A stretch of DNA of 8,852 nt, taken from positions 1 to 8,852 of the IMG/VR virus record IMGVR_UViG_2778261136_000008; one strand, 5' to 3'. This document shows positions 1-6,526 of this stretch, one piece after another; the first letter of the stretch is position 1, and each line of letters starts with the position of its first letter. The stretch comes from a virus (Duplodnaviria > Heunggongvirae > Uroviricota > Caudoviricetes). The notes beneath the pieces are model-generated. The model had not been told where the DNA came from and ran no database searches. It was given only the letters and a program-made list of their open reading frames with translations. A program made the position numbers and the translations under genes.

Positions 1-1119
1 TTAAATAACCAACTTAACCCATTCCTGACCTCGGGTATCGTTATAGCGATCGGTGGTAGCCTGGACTTTATGTCCCAGTAATGTTTTTGTATCGACACCC
101 TGTGCGCGGTACAACCGTTCTGACAGGGAGCGTTGTTCATGAAATGTTGGCGGTGTTTTTCCTGCTGGTGGAATTATTCCAGCCAGATCTCGCGCTTTGG
201 CGAAGTAATCGCTCAGGTTGTCTTTACTCATCGGTTTTGGTTGTTTCTGGTGCCTACTATGGATTAGGTATGGACTCAACATTCTGTCCCTGCATCCATC
301 AATAACTTCTTTTAACGATACCCCAATTTCATCGCATCGTAGCGTAAGAGGTAAGGCCAGACGCATTCCGGTTTTTCCTTGGGTTATATGTAGATGTCCA
401 TTCCATACATCTGAAAAACGCATGTGGCAAATGTCATCACGGCGCTGACCAGTAACAATCGCAAGAAGCATTGCGTTACGGATAAAGTGTTTTTCTGGCG
501 TTGCATTATAAATTTTTTGCCAGTCTTCCAGGGTGAGTCTGGATCTGGTCACTTTAGGGATCGGTTTACGGGTAGCCTCCGGAGGATTCCATCCAGGAGG
601 AACTTCTCCCGCATGCTGTGCTTCTTTATAAATATCAACCCATAATCCGCGATTTACTCTTGCTGTGCTGACCATGTCTTTATCCATCCACTCGTCCAGT
701 ATTAATGCAAAGTCTCTTACCTCCAGTTCTTTCAATGGGTGGTTTCCCAGGCGGGAAACCAGGTATGCAGCCATTCGCACTTTTTCTTTGTGGGTTGTAG
801 CTGCAATGTCTCCATTTTTCAGTCGCGTGTCCTGTATTTTCAGATATCGATCAACCCATGCCTTTAATCTGATACCCCGACGTTTTGTTGCTGACGGACT
901 TTCATCAATTTTGCGCATGAAATATTCAGCTTCTGCTGCAGCTATTCGCTGATTGGCTGTGGAAGCGATTTTTTCTGCCTTACCTTTGTCTGTTCCGAGT
1001 CCGTGAAATTTTCCAGTCACAGGATTTTTATACTGGTAGTAAACTCTGCCAGTTCTGCGATCAAACTTTTCGTAAAGACCGGCTACGTCAGTGCTGTTTT
1101 TTCGTGGCCTCGGTGACAT
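1..1119 (-). CDS. int: Tyrosine site-specific integrase, lambda Int family (372 aa); stop codon at window bases 1..3
   Basis: Complete 372-aa ORF. The C-terminal catalytic signature of lambda-type tyrosine recombinases is readable: PPTFHEQRSLSERLY (His-x-x-Arg box) and LLGHKVQATTDRY (second His plus Tyr nucleophile), and RSRLTLEDWQKIY resembles the lambda Int core. The start ATG (1117..1119) overlaps the 3' end of the upstream xis-like ORF, as in lambda xis-int. Confidence 0.9.
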   Translation of the reverse strand: MSPRPRKNSTDVAGLYEKFDRRTGRVYYQYKNPVTGKFHGLGTDKGKAEKIASTANQRIAAAEAEYFMRKIDESPSATKRRGIRLKAWVDRYLKIQDTRLKNGDIAATTHKEKVRMAAYLVSRLGNHPLKELEVRDFALILDEWMDKDMVSTARVNRGLWVDIYKEAQHAGEVPPGWNPPEATRKPIPKVTRSRLTLEDWQKIYNATPEKHFIRNAMLLAIVTGQRRDDICHMRFSDVWNGHLHITQGKTGMRLALPLTLRCDEIGVSLKEVIDGCRDRMLSPYLIHSRHQKQPKPMSKDNLSDYFAKARDLAGIIPPAGKTPPTFHEQRSLSERLYRAQGVDTKTLLGHKVQATTDRYNDTRGQEWVKLVI

Positions 1120-1357
1120 GAGTTAAAATCTCCTTCAGTGCATCATCATCGCCAGTATGAATTTCCGGCGCAATTCCCGTTTCACCAGGCCCAACAAATA
1201 CTGCTCGGCGATCTATCAGCCAACGCCCACGAATTTTTTGTGGTCTTGGAACGATGTATCCTAGTTTTCCGTATTTCACCAGGGTAGTGTTTGTTATTGG
1301 GAGACTGAACCGTTTTGGTTTCCACTCGTCGAGCGTTATCAGGTACTGTTCGCTCAT
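1088..1357 (-). CDS. xis: Excisionase (Xis-like small DNA-binding protein), about 89 aa
   Basis: Small ORF directly upstream of int, overlapping it by about 30 nt. The ORF track starts it at a GTG (1366); I prefer the in-frame ATG at 1355..1357, which has a GGAG Shine-Dalgarno 8 nt upstream. The sequence (YLITLDEWKPKRFSLPITNTTLVKYGKLGYIVPRPQKIRGRWLIDRRAV) has the size, basic character and position of lambda-type Xis. Confidence 0.7.
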   Translation of the reverse strand: MSEQYLITLDEWKPKRFSLPITNTTLVKYGKLGYIVPRPQKIRGRWLIDRRAVFVGPGETGIAPEIHTGDDDALKEILTHVTEATKKQH

Positions 1358-1418
1358 GGCTATCACTCCGGAACGCGCCAGTTGCAGAATATCAACGACA
1401 ACTGGCGACGGTTGAACA

Positions 1419-3890
1419 TTAAAAATCAGCCTGACTCGGGATCAGTTTTTGCCAGATAACTGAAACGTATTTTGCCTGGTAACGGGCGTCATCAAGTGCA
1501 TTATGGCGCTCACCTTCGAATGGAATAGCCGTTCTGGCATCGAAGTCTATGGCTTTCCCCAGCTCAACGATTGTGCGTACATCGCGATCGTTGTAGTAAC
1601 GCCACGGGCAGGGGATCCCCTGCCGTTCGTATGAACGGCGCAAAATCGTGTTGTCGAAGTTGGCTCCATTTTCCCAGACCTGAACAAAAAATTCACCGGA
1701 GTTTTCGTCGATAAATTCCCGCAATTGTAACAGTGCATCATCTAACGGGATTTCATCGGTCATAATGGCAGATTGCGCTTCGCGTGATTGCTTAAGCCAC
1801 CATTTAATGGTGTCCCGATCAATGACCCCGCCAGCAGTTTCCAGATCGATAGTCTTACTAAATTCCGGTCCCATATCTCCGGTTTGCGGATCGAAAAATA
1901 TTGCACCTATTGAGATGATCGGGGCATCAGGATTTTTTCCCATGGTTTCAAGGTCGATCATTAGATGGTCACACGTCCTGCTGGTGGATGTGATTTCTTG
2001 ATGACCGTTCACCTTAATTGAGTGATCTGCCGTCTCGCCAGTTTCATTATCGCTATCGTGATGCTGATTGCCGCCAGTGTTCTCCTTGTGTGGATGTTCA
2101 GCGCCTTCCATTTCCTCCGGATCATCTTCCTGAACTTCAACCTGATACTCTTCATCGAATGTTTCCTGGTATGTTGCGTCGCCCATCACCGCACCACAAT
2201 CAGGGCAGTTGCCGCCGCCGGTCTGACCGCAGGCGGTGCAGACTTTTTCCACTTCCTGTTGCGCCACTGGTTCAGGCTGTTTCGTTTCTGGCTCGTTTTG
2301 TAACGCATTTGGGCTGTTTTGTTCCGCTTTTTGGTAGTTCCGTTCCGATTCATGCTGGTTCTGGTTCACAGAATCGCGGGTCTGGATCCCCTTAACCCAT
2401 TTCGGATCATTCGGGTCACTAATCCCTTCAACAAATTCACCACGTGATGCAGCAAGCAACTTATCGGCGTCAGGCTGGCTGATATTGGCTGCCTGCATAA
2501 TTTTGTTTACTTCTTCAGCGGTAACTTTTATCGGCTCTGGTTGTTCTGAATCTTCAGCGGTATCTACATTTTGCGGTAAGCCCGTGTATGTGCCATTTTT
2601 TCGGGCAAAATATTCTTCTTTTGTGATTTCAGTGGCGCCAGCAGCCAGTGCCTTATCCAGACCAGAAAGTTTGTTTGCGCGACCGTATTTTTCTCCGTCC
2701 TTATCTGCGAAGAGGAAATAGAACGGCCCCTCACGCTCTACAGATGGTTCGACTTCCACTTTGCATTCGGTTTTTTCGTTGTCCGGAATTGCCGTTTCCA
2801 CTGCATCAGTTTCTGGTACTGGCGACGAGAGAGTATCAGTTGCGCTCTGATTTCTTCCTTCATCTTCAAACACGCCCTTTGTAGTCAGGTATTCAGTAAT
2901 GTATTTGTTCAGTGCCACAGGGTCTTTGTGAATGTCGATCGGACGTTCACGGACAAGGCCAAAAATAGTCTGGCGGTCGTAGCGAAGGGCATCAGGCTGT
3001 TTGCGCATTGATGCCGAGATACGCTTCCAGTCTTCGCGGTCGTTGTCGATAACTTCATTTTTTGCCCAGCGATGGATGCTGCCGTCAATGTTTCCGGCAT
3101 CCACATCACCAGGCCAGAGAGCGTAGGCCAGTTCGTCATCCAGTGTTTTCCATGTCTGCTTGTATTCGCGATGAATGGCAGCAATGACCGGGCTGATTTT
3201 TCCTGTTGAATTTTCAGTGTGTTGTTGATTGGTTCTGGCGCGGGCGAGATCAACAACAGACGTGTATTTTCCGGTTTCCTTGCGTTCACCTTCGCGACGT
3301 TTTTTCCAGATGCGCATCTCTGCCTGAATTTCGGGCCATTTGGCACCAGGCTTACATTTATGCTTAACCCACCCGATGGCATGCAGCTTAAGTTCCGGAT
3401 ACATGGCGTTAACTTCTGGCATTTTCATCAACGCTTCAACGATATGTCCGTCGAATGTTGCCATGTCTTCCTGCAACAATTCCTGTGCGCTAATAACCAT
3501 ATCAACGGTGATGTTTTCACATGTGTCGAACTTAACCATGACAGCGTTCTGTACTTCAGGGGCCAGCTTGTCAAAAGTGACGTTCATCGGATCTGATTCA
3601 GTCTCAACCGGGACAAAGGAAGCAGACTCCTCATCCCAGCGGTTTTCCTGCATATATTCAGCATCCCAGGAATCGAGGGCAGGGCGGGGTATGCCGGGTT
3701 TATCCTCACAGACAATAAATTTATAAGCGCAGTCCTGAGCTGCAGGGAATTGCTCCAGAAATTGCCAATGAAATTTTGCGCGTGCGCGACGCTCATCACC
3801 GGCTTCAATGGCAGTGGCCACCGCAACAGCGCTATCTTCTTTTATGGCCTGTTCATCAGGAATAGCAGCGCAAATAAAGACCTTACTCAT
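1419..3890 (-). CDS. Prophage exonuclease, 823 aa: uncharacterised N-terminal region, acidic linker with a CxxC-x9-CxxC zinc-ribbon-like motif, C-terminal DEDDh (DnaQ-like) 3'-5' exonuclease domain. Homologs are often annotated exodeoxyribonuclease VIII, but this is not a canonical RecE nuclease domain.
   Basis: Long uninterrupted ORF with a GAGG upstream of ATG 3888..3890. The last ~183 aa (nt ~1422..1970) carry the DEDDh motifs: Exo I in DHLMIDLETMG (D-x-E), Exo II in VWENGANFDNTIL, Exo III in ERHNALDDARYQAKY (H-x4-D). The zinc-ribbon motif CTACGQTGGGNCPDCG lies at nt ~2190..2240, followed by a strongly acidic stretch. Confidence 0.8.
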   Translation of the reverse strand: MSKVFICAAIPDEQAIKEDSAVAVATAIEAGDERRARAKFHWQFLEQFPAAQDCAYKFIVCEDKPGIPRPALDSWDAEYMQENRWDEESASFVPVETESDPMNVTFDKLAPEVQNAVMVKFDTCENITVDMVISAQELLQEDMATFDGHIVEALMKMPEVNAMYPELKLHAIGWVKHKCKPGAKWPEIQAEMRIWKKRREGERKETGKYTSVVDLARARTNQQHTENSTGKISPVIAAIHREYKQTWKTLDDELAYALWPGDVDAGNIDGSIHRWAKNEVIDNDREDWKRISASMRKQPDALRYDRQTIFGLVRERPIDIHKDPVALNKYITEYLTTKGVFEDEGRNQSATDTLSSPVPETDAVETAIPDNEKTECKVEVEPSVEREGPFYFLFADKDGEKYGRANKLSGLDKALAAGATEITKEEYFARKNGTYTGLPQNVDTAEDSEQPEPIKVTAEEVNKIMQAANISQPDADKLLAASRGEFVEGISDPNDPKWVKGIQTRDSVNQNQHESERNYQKAEQNSPNALQNEPETKQPEPVAQQEVEKVCTACGQTGGGNCPDCGAVMGDATYQETFDEEYQVEVQEDDPEEMEGAEHPHKENTGGNQHHDSDNETGETADHSIKVNGHQEITSTSRTCDHLMIDLETMGKNPDAPIISIGAIFFDPQTGDMGPEFSKTIDLETAGGVIDRDTIKWWLKQSREAQSAIMTDEIPLDDALLQLREFIDENSGEFFVQVWENGANFDNTILRRSYERQGIPCPWRYYNDRDVRTIVELGKAIDFDARTAIPFEGERHNALDDARYQAKYVSVIWQKLIPSQADF

Positions 3891-3985
3891 TTTGTTTTAA
3901 CCTCATTACAGATTTCAGGGTGAACGAATCCCTGCCATTGCTGGCATTTTTAATCCGTTGGTATGGTGTTAATATGGCTGGCTGG

Positions 3986-4174
3986 TTATCCAGCCGGTAT
4001 TTCGTTATTCAGGTTCAGCGATACTTTTTTTAACGGGAGGCATTCACCGGGGATTTTTTGTTCGTCCCTTACCTGAATGCAGGATGACTTACTGTCATAA
4101 ATTCCGGTAATCACATTTTGTGGCTCACCCGTTATAAGAAAAACGGTCATCACCAGTGCAAATGCTGAAGTCAC
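3986..4174 (-). CDS. Small protein (62 aa) with hydrophobic N-terminal segment, in the position of ydfD downstream of dicB (putative small membrane/lysis-type protein)
   Basis: The GTG start overlaps the dicB stop (GTGA) and has GGAG 8 nt upstream inside dicB, suggesting translational coupling. The N-terminus MTSAFALVMTVFLITG is hydrophobic. The YdfD-like call rests on position and size only; I cannot recall the YdfD sequence. Confidence 0.45.
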   Translation of the reverse strand: MTSAFALVMTVFLITGEPQNVITGIYDSKSSCIQVRDEQKIPGECLPLKKVSLNLNNEIPAG

Positions 4175-4359
4175 TGCTGTTCTCCGATAATACCAAGTTC
4201 AAGAAGGGCAATTCTGGAAAGTATGGAATTATCATTGAGAAGATAAGGTTCATATTTTCTCATCTTAATGGCATCTTCCGTAAACTCCCGGTTACTGAGC
4301 AGAACGCCAATATCAAAACAACCTTCAGACGTATTAACGTTTGGTAATAACGTTTCCAT
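4171..4359 (-). CDS. dicB: DicB-like cell-division inhibitor (62 aa)
   Basis: The N-terminal half METLLPNVNTSEGCFDIGVLLSNREFTEDAI closely matches my recollection of E. coli Qin DicB (MKTLLPNVNTSEGCFEIGVTISNPVFTEDAI...); the C-terminal half is diverged. Same length as DicB, GAGG upstream of the ATG, and it lies immediately downstream of a DicF-like sRNA, as in the dicBF operon. Confidence 0.8.
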   Translation of the reverse strand: METLLPNVNTSEGCFDIGVLLSNREFTEDAIKMRKYEPYLLNDNSILSRIALLELGIIGEQQ

Positions 4360-4376
4360 TATCGCGTCCTCAACAA

Positions 4377-4537
4377 TGAATTTTGTGATGCGGTGCCTGG
4401 TGCCTCCAGGTGACGTTAACCAGTTAACAATTAACGCCGGAATACAGAAGGATGCCCGTTACGCCCCGTAAAAGACCACTTTACGGTTTTAACTGTTCCG
4501 CGTGCGCATAGCCGCATTCACCGCATCACAAAATTCA
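4377..4537. repeat. Perfect 19-bp inverted repeat (tgaattttgtgatgcggtg at 4377..4395; its reverse complement caccgcatcacaaaattca at 4519..4537) bracketing 123 bp
   Basis: Read directly from the sequence. It lies between the DicF terminator and the dicB ribosome-binding site. Confidence 0.85.
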
Positions 4538-4541
4538 CTTT

Positions 4542-4599
4542 AAAAAGGGTGGCAGAGCAGTCACGGAGTAGAACTGATGCCACCAAATACTACACATGG
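4542..4599 (-). ncRNA. dicF: DicF-like sRNA (prophage-encoded sRNA that represses ftsZ in E. coli)
   Basis: The minus-strand sequence ...tttggtggcatcagttctactccgtgactgctctgccaccctttttt matches the 3' two-thirds of E. coli DicF as I recall it (tttggcggtatcagttttactccgtgactgctctgccgcccttttt). The ggcgg/ccgcc to ggtgg/ccacc change is compensatory in the terminal stem. A U-tract follows. The 5' boundary is approximate. Confidence 0.65.
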
Positions 4600-5180
4600 G
4601 TATTGTGGCGGGGCTGTCACTTAAGCGTATGGTCAACCTGACGACCCGGTGCATTTTCTGGAGCAATGGAGGAAGCCCCAGCCATACTTACCGCCGCGCC
4701 ATTTCGCGGATTGCCACAACCGGAAGCGCATGATCGAATTACATTTAACGACGACCTGTACAGAGAGACTAACTTCGCCGTGCGCTTTCGTGTTATGCCC
4801 TGACTTTTCAGGGAAATATCCTTTCAGCAAACTGTCAGTGCCGGATTCTTATCCGTGTCCGGCGCACGACCACACGTGACAGCGTGTTGGTCTCCATCAT
4901 TAACCCGGAACCTCTATGGAGGATAATATGCAAGTTGATATTATTAGCCCTGTAATGATCCATATGCTTGCGCACATCAGGCTCTTCTGGCACTAATCAA
5001 CGCCGGAAAAATTGAAAATTCCGCGATGTGCTTTGAAGAGTTGAAACAACTTGTGCGCTTGTATGAATATATTAAAAAACAATCACAAGATACGGCGTAA
5101 TATTTAAAATACTTTCTGTTATATGGGGCTGCTATAATGCTGGCCCATATTTCTAACCCCTCTATAAGAAAAACATATTA

Positions 5181-5594
5181 TTATGGCAATTTCTTCGGTA
5201 GCTCTTCAGAAAGCTGAGTTGTTTTAATTATGGTTTTTAAATAATCATCGCTTTCACATTTGAGTGATTCTATGGCAATCCAGATGTGGGCTTCGGTGCC
5301 TGCATTTGGTTCCAGTTGCTGTAGACGTTTTGCATCTTCCAGTAGTAAGGCGATAACGTGTTTCAGCTTCTCATCATTCGCTTGATTCTTGTTTTCAGGC
5401 GAATTTTGTCCGCCGAATGGCCACTTTTCTTCGTACAGCCCGATAAAGGTTCGACGCACGTTACCGGATATATTGTCGATGGTTTCTTTTTCTACGGTAC
5501 TCAGGTCAAGAGTCGCCAGTTGAGAACGAACTATATTCGCTGCCATTTCCTGGAATGGTACTGGTAAATCTTTAAATTCCATCGTCAACCTCAT
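5181..5594 (-). CDS. Hypothetical protein (137 aa; 133 aa if started at the second ATG), no family recognised
   Basis: Clean ORF. The first ATG (5592..5594) overlaps the stop of the upstream 50-aa ORF (TGATG). A second in-frame ATG at 5580..5582 has a GAGG 6 nt upstream. No motif I can assign. Confidence 0.55.
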   Translation of the reverse strand: MRLTMEFKDLPVPFQEMAANIVRSQLATLDLSTVEKETIDNISGNVRRTFIGLYEEKWPFGGQNSPENKNQANDEKLKHVIALLLEDAKRLQQLEPNAGTEAHIWIAIESLKCESDDYLKTIIKTTQLSEELPKKLP

Positions 5595-5746
5595 CAGTCA
5601 GTGTTTCTGGCTAACCAGCGACGCGCGCCAGCTTCAGTTTTAAACGTTTTGCTTCTGGTATACGTCATCGCGGTAAACGTGCCGTCCAGGTTGGAGAATA
5701 CTCCGCATACCAGAGATTCGTTGTTGCCAAGATTGAGCGTATCCAT
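5594..5746 (-). CDS. Small hypothetical protein (50 aa), first ORF after the terminator of the toxin-antitoxin operon; possibly a small prophage protein of the YdfA/YdaF kind (uncertain)
   Basis: Not in the ORF track (below its length cutoff); found by hand. ATG 5744..5746 is preceded by GAGG 6 nt upstream. Translation: MDTLNLGNNESLVCGVFSNLDGTFTAMTYTRSKTFKTEAGARRWLARNTD. Its stop overlaps the next ORF start. Confidence 0.45.
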   Translation of the reverse strand: MDTLNLGNNESLVCGVFSNLDGTFTAMTYTRSKTFKTEAGARRWLARNTD

Positions 5747-5930
5747 GTTGACCTCATTTACCCTTAACGCCGGGTCGCGGAACTAAAAACCTGCTGCGCT
5801 GTTATACAAAGTGTTCCCGCCGTCATGTTCATACGCCTCGGGCTGGCTACTTAACCCCTGACCACTGCCGGGTAACTCGAAGTATTGCCCTGCGTTCTGT
5901 TGAATGGGGTGGGTTGGTGAAACAAGGATG

Positions 5931-5966
5931 CACTTTTAAAGTTATTATGTCAACACTTATAAAGTT
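5931..5966. promoter_or_regulatory. Candidate operator/promoter (OL-like): 11-bp palindrome ACTTTTAAAGT (5932..5942) and variant ACTTATAAAGT (5955..5965) flanking a TTGACA hexamer on the minus strand (5953..5948)
   Basis: The same palindrome ACTTTTAAAGT occurs in the repressor/cro intergenic region (6997..7007). The position is right for a promoter serving the downstream minus-strand genes, but no convincing -10 sits at the right spacing. Confidence 0.35.
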
Positions 5967-5980
5967 AGGTTGTGGGCAAC

Positions 5981-6008
5981 AAAAACCGCCTCGAGATGAG
6001 ACGGCCCT
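5981..6008 (-). terminator. Candidate Rho-independent terminator downstream of parE
   Basis: Minus-strand RNA would read ccgucuc-aucuc-gaggcgg (7-bp stem with one G-U pair) followed by UUUUU, about 10 nt after the parE stop codon. Confidence 0.45.
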
Positions 6009-6017
6009 GTGAAAGGG

Positions 6018-6305
6018 TTAGTTCTGCTTGGGGAATTGGCGTCTGGCGTGTACTACACTCACGATCTCAATGCTTAAAGTGGCTACACGGTAAAGAATTA
6101 TATAGTTAGGGTGAGCTACAATCTCACGCAAGCCAGGTACTCTGTCGCTTGGTGGGTATAAATACGGGTGTTCGGATAACGGCAGCACACACCCCCTTAA
6201 TCGCTGCCATAAGCGTTCTGCCGCATCTATGTCGAAACGAGCAATATAACTAGTTATATCATCTAGGTCGGTATCTGCGCTTTCAAGCCATAACACGGGT
6301 AACAT
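6018..6305 (-). CDS. parE: ParE/RelE-family toxin (95 aa), toxin of a paaA-parE-type module
   Basis: Typical ParE size and sequence character (MLPVLWLESADTDLDDITSYIARFDIDAAERLWQRLRG...). It starts 3 nt after the stop of a small antitoxin-like ORF, with GGAG upstream. Confidence 0.8.
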   Translation of the reverse strand: MLPVLWLESADTDLDDITSYIARFDIDAAERLWQRLRGCVLPLSEHPYLYPPSDRVPGLREIVAHPNYIILYRVATLSIEIVSVVHARRQFPKQN

Positions 6306-6308
6306 TTA

Positions 6309-6497
6309 CTACTTACTCCGTTCCTTGCGCATTTTAGCAAAGCGTTCTGCCATTCTGCGCTCAACCTCGTCATGGGGAATTGCTGGGCGCGGATTTGCAA
6401 GGCTCGCTGCTACTTTCGCACGCAGCCATTCGTTGTAACTGTTTTCTTGTTCAATGGTTTCGAACTCAGAAACCATTGGTGAAAGGGCCGTATTCAT
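6309..6497 (-). CDS. paaA: PaaA-type antitoxin (62 aa)
   Basis: The ORF track shows an 83-aa form (6309..6560) that overlaps the upstream regulator. The internal ATG at 6495..6497 has a strong GGAGG 6 nt upstream and gives MNTALSPMVSEFETIEQENSYNEWLRAKVAASLANPRPAIPHDEVERRMAERFAKMRKERSK, which matches my recollection of E. coli O157 PaaA2. Confidence 0.8.
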   Translation of the reverse strand: MNTALSPMVSEFETIEQENSYNEWLRAKVAASLANPRPAIPHDEVERRMAERFAKMRKERSK

Positions 6498-6526
6498 GGC
6501 ACACCTCCGTCTGTGTATGGTGGTCA

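Noticed and set aside
81..952. Plus-strand ORFs 81..305, 218..448, 424..645 and 665..952
   Set aside because: They are antisense to the integrase gene, which has clear catalytic motifs. They are shadow ORFs.
1547..3826. Ten track ORFs nested inside the exonuclease gene on either strand (1547..1741, 1765..2001, 2018..2395, 2022..2303, 2485..2721, 2648..2884, 2909..3382, 3219..3596, 3340..3726, 3584..3826)
   Set aside because: All lie within or antisense to one long, motif-supported 823-aa reading frame. Their translations are low-complexity or compositionally odd, and none has a convincing ribosome-binding site. They are shadow ORFs.
1419..3890. Calling the 823-aa protein RecE with gene symbol recE
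   Set aside because: The recognisable catalytic domain is DEDDh, not the RecE PD-(D/E)XK fold, and no RecT partner is present. Any similarity to the RecE N-terminus is unverified, so no symbol was assigned.
3976..3998. Inverted repeat ggctggctgg-ttat-ccagccgg as a terminator after the ydfD-like ORF
   Set aside because: It overlaps the stop codon and is not followed by a convincing U-tract on the minus strand. It is at most a weak or attenuating structure.
4156..4347. Plus-strand 63-aa ORF overlapping dicB
   Set aside because: It is antisense to the DicB-like ORF, which has a recognisable conserved N-terminus and a Shine-Dalgarno sequence.
4633..4879. ORFs 4633..4830 (minus) and 4649..4879 (plus) as protein-coding genes
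   Set aside because: Their translations are rich in W, C, G and R with no protein-like pattern and no good Shine-Dalgarno. The region is treated as non-coding or degraded; see the corresponding finding.
5601..5786. Plus-strand 61-aa ORF
   Set aside because: It overlaps the hand-found 50-aa minus-strand ORF, which has a good Shine-Dalgarno and stop/start coupling to the next gene. The plus ORF has no ribosome-binding site.
5782..5832. 16-codon minus-strand ORF (MNMTAGTLCITAQQVF) upstream of the 50-aa ORF
   Set aside because: The GAGG lies only 3 nt from the ATG, the ORF is very short, and nothing else supports it.
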